From Eledone cirrhosa (Eukaryota), in contig OZ024751.1 of assembly GCA_964016885.1 (NCBI GenBank), forward strand, positions 2,542,001-2,606,000: a stretch of 64,000 nt of DNA, read 5' to 3'. Below are positions 13,336 to 26,359 of the stretch, in pieces (positions within the stretch are counted from its first letter, which is position 1; each line of letters starts with the position of its first letter). A model generated the notes under the pieces. The model did no database searches, was not told the origin of the DNA, and saw only the letters and a list, made by a program, of their open reading frames with translations. The translations under genes and the position numbers were made by a program.

Positions 13336-16080
13336 AACTGTCATGTTGGACCTTCTCTGTTTAACTGTCATGTTGGACCGTCTCTGTTTAACCGTCATAT
13401 TGAACCGTCTCTGTTTAACTATCATGTTGAACTCTCTGTGTTGAACTGTCATGCTGAAGCTTCCCTGTTGAACTGTCATGCTGAACCTTCCCTGTTTAAC
13501 TGTCATATTGAACTTTCTCTGTTGAACTGTCATGCTGAACCTTCCCTGTTGAACTATCATATTGAACTTTCTCTGTTGAACTGTCATGTTGAACCTACTC
13601 TGTTAAACTGTCATGCTGAACCTTCTCTGCTGAACTGTCATGCTGAACCTTCCCTGTTGAACTGTCATGTTGGACCTTCTCTGTTTAACTGTCATATTGA
13701 AATTTCTCTGTTGAACTGTCATGCTGAACCTTCCCTGTTGAACTGTCATGTTGAATCTTCTCAGTTGAACTGTCATATTGACCATTCTCTGTTGAGCTGT
13801 CATGCTGAACCTTCTCTGTTTAACTGTCATGTTGAATCTTCTCAGTTGAACTGTCATATTGACCATTCTCTGTTGAACTGTCATGCTGAAACTTCCCTGT
13901 TGAACTGTCATGCTGAACCTTCCCTGTTTATCTGTCATGCTGAATCTTCCCCGTTGAACTGTCATGCTGAACCTTCCCTGTTTAATTGTCATATTGAACT
14001 CTCTGTTGAACTGTCATGCTGAACCTTCCCTGTTGAACTATCATATTGAACCTTCTCTGTTGAACTGTCATGTTGGACCGTCTCTGTTTCAATGTCATGT
14101 TCAATCCTCTCTGTTGAACTGTCATGTTGAACCTTCTCAGTTGAACTGTCATGTTGGACCTTCCCTGTTTAACTGTCATATTGAACCTTCTCTGTTTAAC
14201 TGTCATATTGAACTTTCTCTGTTGAACTGTCATGCTGAAGCTTCCCTGTTGAAATGTCATGCTGAACCTTCCCTGTTTAACTGTCATATTGAACTTTCTC
14301 TGTTGAACTGTCATGTTGAATCTACTCTGTTGAACTGTCATGCAGAACCATCCCTGTTTAACTGTCATATTGAACCGTCTCTGTTTAACTATCATGTTGA
14401 ACTTTTTGTGTTGAACTGTCATGCTGAACCTTCCCTATTGAACTGTCATGTTGAATCTTCTCTGTTGAACTGTCATATTGAACCTTCTCTGTTGAACTGT
14501 CATGCTGAAGCTTCCCTGTTGAACTGTCATGCTGAACCTTCCCTGTTTAACTGTCATATTGAACTTTCTCTGTTGAACTGTCATGTTGAACCTACTCTGT
14601 TAAACTGTCATGCTGAACCTTCTCTGTTGAACTGTCATGCTGAACCTTCCCTGTTGAACTGTCATGTTGGACCTTCTCTGTTTAACTGTCATATTGATCT
14701 TTCTCTGTTGAACTGTCATGCTGAAGCTTCCCTGTTGAACTGTCATGCTGAACCTTCCCTGTTTAACTGTCATATTGAACTTTCTCTGTTGAACTGTCAT
14801 GCTGAACCTTCCCTGTTGAACTATTATATTGAACTTTCTCTGTTGAACTGTCATGTTGAACCTACTCTGTTAAACTGTCATGCTGAACCTTCTCTGTTGA
14901 ACTGTCATGCGGAACCTTCCCTGTTGAACTGTCATGTTGGACCTTCTCTGTTTAACTGTCATATTGAACCTTCCCTGTTGAACTGTCATGTTGAACCTTC
15001 TCTGTTGAACTGTCATATTGAACCTTCTCTTTTGAACTGTCATGTTGGACCTTCTCTGTTGAACTGTCATATTGAACCTTCTCTGTAGAACTGTCATATT
15101 GAACCTTCTTTGTTTAACTGTGATATTGAACTTTCTCTGTTGAACTGTCATACTGAACCTTCTATGTTGAACTGTCATATTGAACATTCTCTGTTGAGCT
15201 GTCATGCTGAACCTTCTCTGTTTAACTGTTATATTGAACTTTCTCTGTTGAACTGTCATGCTGAACCTTCCTTGTTGAACTGTCATGTTGAACCTTCTTT
15301 GTTGAACTGTCATATTGAACCTTCTCTTTTGAACTGTCATGTTGGACCTTCTCTGTTGAACTGTCATATTGAAGCTACTCTGTAGAACTGTCATATTGAA
15401 CCTTCTTTGTTTAACTGTGATATTGAACTTTCTCTGTGGAACTGTCATACTAAACTTTCTCTGTTGAACTATCATATTGAACATTCTCTGTTGAGCTGTC
15501 AGGCTGAACCTTCTCTGTTTAACTGTCATATCGAACCTTCTCTGTTTTACTGTCATATTGAACTTTCTCTGTTGAACTGTCATGCTGAACCTTCCCTGTG
15601 GAACTGTCATGTTGAATCTTCTCAGTTGAACTGTCATATTGAACATTTTCTGTTGAGCGGTCATGCTGAAACTTCTCTGTTTAACTGTCATATTGAACCT
15701 TCTCTGTTTAACTGTCATATTGAACTTTCTCTGTTGAACTGTAATTCTGAACCTTCCCTGTTGAACTGTATGCTGAACCTTCCCTGTTTAACTGTCATAT
15801 TGAACTTTCTCTGTTCATCTGTCATGCTTAACCTTCCCTGTTGAACTGTCATGTTGAACCTTCCCTGTTTAATTGTCATATTGAACTCTCTCTGTTGAAC
15901 TATCATGCTGAGCCTTCCCTGTTGAACTATCATATTGAACCTTCTCTGTTGAACTGTCATACTGAACCTTCCCTGTTGAACTATCATATTGAACCTTCTC
16001 TGTTGAACTGTCATGTTGGACCGTCTCTGTTTCAATGTCATATTGAACCTTCCCTGTTTAACTGTCATATTGAACCTTCT

Positions 16081-19000
16081 CTGTTGAACAGTCATATTGA
16101 ACTTTCTCTGTTGAACTATCATGCTGAAGCTTCCCTGTTGAACTGTCATGTTGAACCTTCTCTGTTGAACTGTAATATTGAACCTTCTCTTTTGAACTGT
16201 CATGTTGGACCGTCTCTGTTTAAATGTCATATTGAACCTTCTCTGTTTAACTATCATATTGAACTTTCTCTGTTGAACTCTCATGCTGAACATTCCCTGT
16301 TGAACTGTCATGTTGAATCTTCTCTGTTGAACTGTCATGTTGAACCTTCTCAGTTCAACTGTCATGTTGGACCTTCCATGTTTAACTGTCATATTGAACC
16401 TTCTCTGTTTAAATGTCATATTGAAATTTCTCTGTTGAACTGTCATGCTGAAGCTTCCCTGTTGAACTGTCATGCTGAACCTTCCCTGTTTAACTATCAT
16501 ATTGAACTTTCTCTGTTGAACTGTCATGTTGAATCTACACTATTGAACTGTCATGCTGAACCATCCCTGTTTAACTGTCACATTGAACTTTCTCTGTTGA
16601 ACTGTCATGTTGAACCTTCCCTGTTGAACTGTCATGTTGGACCTTCTCTGTTTAACTGTCATGTTGGACCGTCTCTGTTTAACCGTCATATTGAACCGTC
16701 TCTGTTTAACTATCATGTTGAACTCTCTGTGTTGAACTGTCATGCTGAAGCTTCCCTGTTGAACTGTCATGCTGAACCTTCCCTGTTTAACTGTCATATT
16801 GAACTTTCTCTGTTGAACTGTCATGCTGAACCTTCCCTGTTGAACTATCATATTGAACTTTCTCTGTTGAACTGTCATGTTTAACCTACTCTGTTAAACT
16901 GTCATGCTGAACCTTCTCTGCTGAACTGTCATGCTGAACCTTCCCTGTTGAACTGTCATGTTGGACCTTCTCTGTTTAACTGTCATATTGAAATTTCTCT
17001 GTTGAACTGTCATGCTGAACCTTCCCTGTTGAACTGTCATGTTGAATCTTCTCAGTTGAACTGTCATATTGACCATTCTCTGTTGAGCTGTCATGCTGAA
17101 CCTTCTCTGTTTAACTGTCATATTGAACCTTCTCTGTTTAACTGTCATATTGAACTTTCTCTGTTGAACTGTAATTCTGAACCTTCCCTGTTGAACTGTA
17201 TGATGAACCTTCCCTGTTTAACTGTCATATTGAACTTTCTCTGTTCAACTGTCATGCTTAACCTTCCCTGTTGAACTGTCATGTTGAACCTTCTCTGTTG
17301 AACTGTCATACTGAACTTTCTATGTTGAACCTTCCCTGTTGAACTGTCATGTTGGACATTCCCTGTTTAACTCTCATATTGAACCGTCCCTGTTGAACTG
17401 TCATATTGAACTTTCCCTGTTGAACTGTCATGCTGAACCTTCCCTGTTGAACTGTCATGCTGAACCTTCCCTGTTTAACTGTCATGCTGAATCTTCCCTG
17501 TTGAACTGTCATGCTGAACCTTCCCTGTTTAATTGTCATATTGAACTCTCTGTTGAACTGTCATGCTGAACCTCCCTGTTGAACTATCATATTGAACCTT
17601 CTCTGTTGAACTGTCAAGTTGGACCGTCTCTGTTTCAATGTCATGTTGAATCCTCTCTGTTGAACTGTCATGTTGAACCTTCTCAGTTGAACTGTCATGT
17701 TGGACCTACCCTGTTTAACTGTCATATTGAACCTTCTCTGTTTAACTGTCATATTGAACTTTCTCTGTTGAACTGTCATGCTGAAGCTTCCCTGTTGAAA
17801 TGACATGCTGAACCTTCCCTGTTTAACTGTCATATTGAACTTTGTCTGTTGAACTGTCATGTTGAATCTACTCTGTTGAACTGTCATGCTGAACCATCCC
17901 TGTTTAACTGTCATATTGAACCGTCTCTGTTTAACTATCATGTTGAACTTTTTGTGTTGAACTGTCATGCTGAACCTTCCCTATTGAACTGTCATGTTGA
18001 ATCTTCTCTGTTGAACTGTCATATTGAACCTTCTCTGTTGAACTGTCATGCTGAAGCTTCCCTGTTGAACTGTCATGCTGAACCTTCCCTGTTTAACTGT
18101 CATATTGAACTTTCTCTGTTGAACTGTCATGCTGAACCTTCCCTGTTGAACTATCATATTGAACTTTCTTTGTTGAACTGTCATGTTGAACCTACTCTGT
18201 TAAACTGTCATGCTGAACCTTCTCTGTTGAACTGTCATGCTGAACCTTCCCTGTTGAACTGTCATGTTGGACCTTCTCTGTTTAACTGTCATATTGAACT
18301 TTCTCTGTTGAACTGTCATGCTGAAGCTTCCCTGTTGAACTGTCATGCTGAACCTTCCCTGTTTAACTGTCATATTGAACTTTCTCTGTTGAACTGCCAT
18401 GCTGAACCTTCCCTGTTGAACTATTATATTGAACTTTCTCTGTTGAACTGTCATGTTGAACCTACTCTGTTAAACTGTCATGCTAAACCTTCTCTGTTGA
18501 ACTGTCATGCTGAACCTTCCCTGTTGAACTGTCATGTTGGACCTTCTCTGTTTAACTGTCATATTGAACCTTCCCTGTTGAACTGTCATGTTGAACCTTC
18601 TCTGTTGAACTGTCATATTGAACCTTCTCTTTTGAACTGTCATGTTGGACCTTCTCTGTTGAACTGTCATATTGAACCTTCTCTGTAGAACTGTCATATT
18701 GAACCTTCTTTGTTTAACTGTGATATTGAACTTTCTCTGTTGAACTGTCATACTGAACCTTCTATGTTGAACTGTCATATTGAACATTCTCTGTTGAGCT
18801 GTCATGCTGAACCTTCTCTGTTTAACTGTTATATTGAACTTTCTCTGTTGAACTGTCATGCTGAACCTTCCTTGTTTAACTGTCATATTGCACTTTCTCT
18901 GTTCAAATGTCATGCTGAACCTTCCCTGTTGAAGTGTCATGTTGAACCTTCTCTGCTGAACAGTCATATTGAACTTTCTCTGTTGAACTATCATGCTGAA

Positions 19001-21825
19001 GCTTCCCTGTTGAACTGTCATGTTGAACCTTCTCTGTTGAACTGTAATATTGAACCTTCTCTTTTGAACTGTCATGTTGGACCGTCTCTGTTTAAATGTC
19101 ATATTGAACCTTCTCTGTTTAACTATCATATTGAACTTTCTCTGTTGAACTCTCATGCTGAACATTCCCTGTTGAACTGTCATGTTGAATCTTCTCTGTT
19201 GAACTGTCATGTTGAACCTTCTCAGTTCAACTGTCATGTTGGACCTTCCATGTTTAACTGTCATATTGAACCTTCTCTGTTTAAATGTCATATTGAAATT
19301 TCTCTGTTGAACTGTCATGCTGAAGCTTCCCTGTTGAACTGTCATGCTGAACCTTCCCTGTTTAACTATCATATTGAACTTTCTCTGTTGAACTGTCATG
19401 TTGAATCTACACTATTGAACTGTCATGCTGAACCATCCCTGTTTAACTGTCATATTGAACTTTCTCTGTTGAACTGTCATGTTGAACCTTCCCTGTTGAA
19501 CTGTCATGTTGGACCTTCTCTGTTTAACTGTCATGTTGGACCGTCTCTGTTTAACCGTCATATTGAACCGTCTCTGTTTAACTATCATGTTGAACTCTCT
19601 GTGTTGAACTGTCATGCTGAAGCTTCCCTGTTGAACTGTCATGCTGAACCTTCCCTGTTTAACTGTCATATTGAACTTTCTCTGTTGAACTGTCATGCTG
19701 AACCTTCCCTGTTGAACTATCATATTGAACTTTCTCTGTTGAACTGTCATGTTTAACCTACTCTGTTAAACTGTCATGCTGAACCTTCTCTGCTGAACTG
19801 TCATGCTGAACCTTCCCTGTTGAACTGTCATGTTGGACCTTCTCTGTTTAACTGTCATATTGAAATTTCTCTGTTGAACTGCCATGCTGAACCTTCCCTG
19901 TTGAACTGTCATGTTGAATCTTCTCAGTTGAACTGTCATATTGACCATTCTCTGTTGAGCTGTCATGCTGAACCTTCTCTGTTTAACTGTCATATTGAAC
20001 CTTCTCTGTTTAACTGTCATATTGAACTTTCTCTGTTGAACTGTAATTCTGAACCTTCCCTGTTGAACTGTATGCTGAACCTTCCCTGTTTAACTGTCAT
20101 ATTGAACTTTCTCTGTTCAACTGTCATGCTTAACCTTCCCTGTTGAACTGTCATGTTGAACCTTCTCTGTTGAACTGTCATACTGAACTTTCTATGTTGA
20201 ACCTTCCCTGTTGAACTGTCATGTTGGACATTCCCTGTTTAACTCTCATATTGAACCGTCCCTGTTGAACTGTCATATTGAACTTTCCCTGTTGAACTGT
20301 CATGCTGAACCTTCCCTGTTGAACTGTCATGCTGAACCTTCCCTGTTTAACTGTCATGCTGAATCTTCCCTGTTGAACTGTCATGCTGAACCTTCCCTGT
20401 TTAATTGTCATATTGAACTCTCTGTTGAACTGTCATGCTGAACCTCCCTGTTGAACTATCATATTGAACCTTCTCTGTTGAACTGTCAAGTTGGACCGTC
20501 TCTGTTTCAATGTCATGTTGAATCCTCTCTGTTGAACTGTCATGTTGAACCTTCTCAGTTGAACTGTCATGTTGGACCTACCCTGTTTAACTGTCATATT
20601 GAACCTTCTCTGTTTAACTGTCATATTGAACTTTCTCTGTTGAACTGTCATGCTGAAGCTTCCCTGTTGAAATGACATGCTGAACCTTCCCTGTTTAACT
20701 GTCATATTGAACTTTGTCTGTTGAACTGTCATGTTGAATCTACTCTGTTGAACTGTCATGCTGAACCATCCCTGTTTAACTGTCATATTGAACCGTCTCT
20801 GTTTAACTATCATGTTGAACTTTTTGTGTTGAACTGTCATGCTGAACCTTCCCTATTGAACTGTCATGTTGAATCTTCTCTGTTGAACTGTCATATTGAA
20901 CCTTCTCTGTTGAACTGTCATGCTGAAGCTTCCCTGTTGAACTGTCATGCTGAACCTTCCCTGTTTAACTGTCATATTGAACTTTCTCTGTTGAACTGTC
21001 ATGCTGAACCTTCCCTGTTGAACTATCATATTGAACTTTCTTTGTTGAACTGTCATGTTGAACCTACTCTGTTAAACTGTCATGCTGAACCTTCTCTGTT
21101 GAACTGTCATGCTGAACCTTCCCTGTTGAACTGTCATGTTGGACCTTCTCTGTTTAACTGTCATATTGAACTTTCTCTGTTGAACTGTCATGCTGAAGCT
21201 TCCCTGTTGAACTGTCATGCTGAACCTTCCCTGTTTAACTGTCATATTGAACTTTCTCTGTTGAACTGCCATGCTGAACCTTCCCTGTTGAACTATTATA
21301 TTGAACTTTCTCTGTTGAACTGTCATGTTGAACCTACTCTGTTAAACTGTCATGCTAAACCTTCTCTGTTGAACTGTCATGCTGAACCTTCCCTGTTGAA
21401 CTGTCATGTTGGACCTTCTCTGTTTAACTGTCATATTGAACCTTCCCTGTTGAACTGTCATGTTGAACCTTCTCTGTTGAACTGTCATATTGAACCTTCT
21501 CTTTTGAACTGTCATGTTGGACCTTCTCTGTTGAACTGTCATATTGAACCTTCTCTGTAGAACTGTCATATTGAACCTTCTTTGTTTAACTGTGATATTG
21601 AACTTTCTCTGTTGAACTGTCATACTGAACCTTCTATGTTGAACTGTCATATTGAACATTCTCTGTTGAGCTGTCATGCTGAACCTTCTCTGTTTAACTG
21701 TTATATTGAACTTTCTCTGTTGAACTGTCATGCTGAACCTTCCTTGTTTAACTGTCATATTGCACTTTCTCTGTTCAAATGTCATGCTGAACCTTCCCTG
21801 TTGAAGTGTCATGTTGAACCTTCTC
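16081..21825. repeat. Near-identical tandem duplication, 2872-bp period (107 monomers minus 17 bp of shared deletions)
   Basis: ORF pairs 16540/19412, 16948/19820, 17339/20211, 17579/20451, 17849/20721 and 18710/21582 are all offset by 2872. Both copies share 13-, 2-, 1- and 1-bp deletions. Confidence 0.95.
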
Positions 21826-24800
21826 TGTTGAACTGTCATACTGAACCTCCTCTGTTGAACAGTCGTATTGAACCTTCTCTGTTGAACTGCCGTGTTGGAC
21901 CTTCCCGGTTTAACTCTCATATTGAACCATCCATGTTGAACTGTCATATTGAACTTTCCCTGTTGAACTGTCATACTGAACCTTCTCTGTTTAACTGTCA
22001 TGCTGAACCTTCTCTGTTGAACTGTCATATTGAACTTTCTCTGTTGAACTGTGAAGCTGAATATTCCCTGTTGAACTGTCATGCTGAACCTTCCCTGTTT
22101 AATTGTCATATTGAACTTTCTCTGTTGTACTGTCATGCTGAAACTTCCCTGTTCAACTGTCATATTGAACCTTCCCTGTTGAACTGTCATGCTGAACCTT
22201 CCCTGTTGAACTATCATATTGAACCTTCTCCGTTGAACTGTCATGTTGGACTATCTCTGTTTAACTGTCATATTTAACCTTCTCTGTTTAACTATCATAT
22301 TGAACATTCTCTGTTGAACTGTCCTGCTGAACCTTCCCTGTTGAACTGTCATGTTGGACCTTCCCTGTTTAACTGTCATATTTAACCTTCTCTGTTTAAC
22401 TGTCATATTGAACTTTCTCTGTTGAACTGTCATGCTGAACCTTCCCTGTTGAACTATCATATTGAACTTTCTCTGTTGAACTGTCATGTTGAACCTACTC
22501 TGTTGAACTGTCATGCTGAACATTCCCTGTTGAACTGTCATGTTGCTCCTTCTCTGTTGAACTGTCATATTGAACTTTCTCTGTTGAACTGTCATGCTGA
22601 ACCTTCTCTGTTGAACTGTCATATTGAACCTTCCCTGTTGAACTGTCATTTTGAACCTCTCTGTTGAACTGTCATATTGAACCTTCTCTGTTCAACTGTC
22701 ATATTGAACCTTCTCTGTTTAAGTATCATATTGAACTTTCTCTGTTGAACTGTCATGCTGAAACTTCCCTGTTGAACTGTCATGTTGAATCTTCTCTGTT
22801 GAAGTGTCATATTGAACCTTCTCTGTTTAACTGTCATATTGAACTTTCTCTGTTGAACTGTCATACTGAAGCTTCACTGTTGAACTGTCATGCTGAACCT
22901 TCCCTGTTTAATTGTCATATTGAACTTTCTCTGTTGAACTGTCATGCTGAACCTTCCCTGTTGAACTATCATGTTGAACTTTCTCTGTTGAACTGTCATG
23001 TTGAACCTACTCTGTTGAACTGTCATGCTGAACCATCCCTGTTTAACTGTCATATTGAACTTTCTCTGTTCAACTGTCATGCTGAACCTTCCCTTTTGAA
23101 CTGTCATGTTGAACCTTCCCTGTTGAACTGTCATGTTGGACCGTCTCTGTTTAACTGTCATATTGAACCTTCTCTTTTTAACTATCATATTGAACTTTCT
23201 CTGTTGAACTTTCCTGCTGAACCTTCCCTATTGAACTGTCATGTTGAATCTTCTCTGTTGAACTGTCATATTGAACCTTCTCTGTTGAACTGTCATGTTG
23301 GACCTTCCCTGTTTAACTGTCATATTGAACCTTCCCTGTTTAACTGCAATATTGAACCTTCTCTGTTGAACTGTCATGCTGAACCTTCCCTGTTGAACTG
23401 TCATGTTGGACCTTCTCTGTTTAACTGTCATATTGAACTTTCTCTGTTGAACTGTCATGCTGAAACTTCCTTGTTGAACTGTCATGTTGAACCTTCTCTG
23501 TTGAACTGTCATATTGAACCTTCTCTTTTGAACTGTCATGTTGGACCTTCTCTGTTGAACTGTCATATTGAACCTTCTCTGTAGAACTGTCATATTGAAC
23601 CTTCTTTGTTTAACTGTGATATTGAACTTTCTCTGTTGAAATGTCATACTGAACCTTCTCTGTTTAACTGTCATGTTGAACTTCTCTGTTGAACTGTCAT
23701 GCTGAAGCTTCCTTGTTGAACCGTCATGCTGAACCTTCCCTGTTTAACTGTCATATTGAACTTTCTCTGTTGAACTGTCATGTTGAACCTACTCTGTTGA
23801 ACTGTCATGCTGAACCATCCCTGTTTAACTGTCATATTGAACTTTCTCTGTTCAAAAGTCATGCTGAACCTTCTCTTTTGAACTGTTGTGTTGAACCTTC
23901 CCTGTTGAACTGTCATGTTGGACCTTCTCTGTTTAACTGTGATGTTGGACCGTCTCTGTTTAACTGTCATATTGAACCTTCTCTGTTTAACTATCATATT
24001 GAACTTTCTCTGTTGAACTGTCAAGCTGAACCTTCCCTATTTAAATGTCATGTTGAATCTTCTCTGTTGAACTGTCATATTGCACCTTCTCTGTTGAACT
24101 GTCATGTTGGACCTTCCCTGTTTAACTGTCATATTGAACCTTCCCTGTTTAACTGTCATATTGAACTTTCTCTGTTGAACTGTCATGCTGAACCTTCCCT
24201 GTTGAACTGTCATGTTGGACCTTCTCTGTTTAACTGTGATGTTGGACCGTCTCTGTTTAACTGTCATATTGAACCTTCTCTGTTTAACTATCATATTGAA
24301 CTTTCTCTGTTGAACTGTCATGCTGAACCTTCCCTATTTAACTGTCATGTTGAATCTTCCCTGTTTAACTGTCATATTGAACCTTCCCTGTTTAACTGTC
24401 ATATTGAACTTTCTCTGTTGAACTGTCATGCTGAACCTTCCCTGTTGAACTGTCATGCTGAACCTTCCCTGTTGAACTGTCATGTTGGACCTTCTCTGTT
24501 TAACTGTCATATTGAACTTTCTCTGTTCAACTGTCATGCTGAGCCTTCCCTTTTGAACTGTCATGTTGAACCTTCCCTGTTGAACTGTCATGTTGGACCA
24601 TCTCTGTTTAACTGTCATATTGAACCTTCTCTTTTTAACTATCATATTGAACTTTCTCTGTTGAACTGTCCTGCTGAACCTTCCCTATTGAACTGTCATG
24701 TTGAATCTTCTCTGTTGAACTGTCATATTGAACCTTCTCTGTTGAACTGTCATGTTGGACCTTCCCTGTTTAACTGTCATATTGAACCTTCCCTGATTAA

Positions 24801-24879
24801 CTGTCATATTGAACCTTCTCTGTTGAACTGTCATGCTGAACCTTCCCTGTTGAACTGTCATGTTGGACCTTCTCTGTTG

Positions 24880-25420
24880 AACTGTCATATTGAACCTTCT
24901 CTGTAGAACTGTCATATTGAACCTTCTTTGTTTAACTGTGATATTGAACTTTCTCTGTTGAACTGTCATACTGAACCTTCTCTGTTTAACTGTCATATTG
25001 AACTTCTCTGTTGAACTGTCATGCTGAAGCTTCCTTGTTGAACTGTCATGCTGAACCTTCCCTGTTTAACTGTCATATTGAACTTTCTCTGTTGAACTGT
25101 CATGCTGAAACTTCCTTGTTGAACTGTCATGTTGAACCTTCTCTGTTGAACTGTCATATTGAACCTTCTCTTTTGAACTGTCATGTTGGACCTTCTCTGT
25201 TGAACTGTCATATTGAACCTTCTCTGTAGAACTGTCATATTGAACCTTCTTTGTTTAACTGTGATATTGAACTTTCTCTGTTGAACTGTCATACTGAACC
25301 TTCTCTGTTTAACTGTCATATTGAACTTCTCTGTTGAACTGTCATGCTGAAGCTTCCTTGTTGAACTGTCATGCTGAACCTTCCCTGTTTAACTGTCATA
25401 TTGAACTTTCTCTGTTGAAC
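24880..25420. repeat. Local duplication, 323-bp period (12 monomers minus 1 bp)
   Basis: The ctgtagaac cassette lies at 24901 and 25224; ORFs 24993/25316 and 25011/25334 are offset by 323; both copies share a 1-bp deletion (gaacttctctg). Confidence 0.85.
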
Positions 25421-26359
25421 TGTCATGTTGAACCTACTCTGTTGAACTGTCATGCTGAACCATCCCTGTTTAACTGTCATATTGAACTTTCTCTGTTCAA
25501 AAGTCATGCTGAACCTTCCCTTTTGAACTGTCATGTTGAACCTTCCCTGTTGAACTGTCATGTTGGACCTTCTCTGTTTAACTGTGATGTTGGACCGTCT
25601 CTGTTTAACTGTCATATTGAACCTTCTCTGTTTAACTATCATATTGAACTTTCTCTGTTGAACTGTCATGCTGAACCTTCCCTATTTAAATGTCATGTTG
25701 AATCTTCTCTGTTGAACTGTCAGATTGCACCTTCTCAGTTGAACTGTCATGTTGGACCTTCCCTGTTTAACTGTCATATTGAACCTTCCCTGTTTAACTG
25801 TCATATTGAACTTTCTCTGTTGAATTGTCATGCTGAACCTTCCCTGTTGAACTGTCATGTTGGACCTTCTCTGTTTAACTGTGATGTTGGACCGTCTCTG
25901 TTTAACTGTCATGTTGAACCTTCTCTGTTGAACTGTCATATTGAACCTTCTCTTTTGAACTGTCATGTTGGACCTTTTCTGTTAAACTGTCATATTGAAC
26001 CTTCTCTGTAGAACTGTCATATTGAACCTTCTTTGTTTAACTGTGATATTGAACTTTCTCTGTTGAACTGTGATACTGAACCTTCTCTGTTGAACTGTCA
26101 TATTGAACATTCTCTGTTGAGCTGTCATGCTGAACCTTCTCTGTTTAACTGTCATATTGGACCTGCTCTGTTTAACTGTCATATTGAACTTTCTCTGTTG
26201 AACTGTCATGCTGAACATTCCCTGTTGAACTGTCATGTTGAATCTTCTCTGTTGAACTGTCATATTGAACATTCTCTGTTGAGCTGTCATGCTGAACCTT
26301 CTCTGTTTAACTGTCATATTGGACCTTCTCTGTTTAACTGTCATATTGAACTTTCTCTG

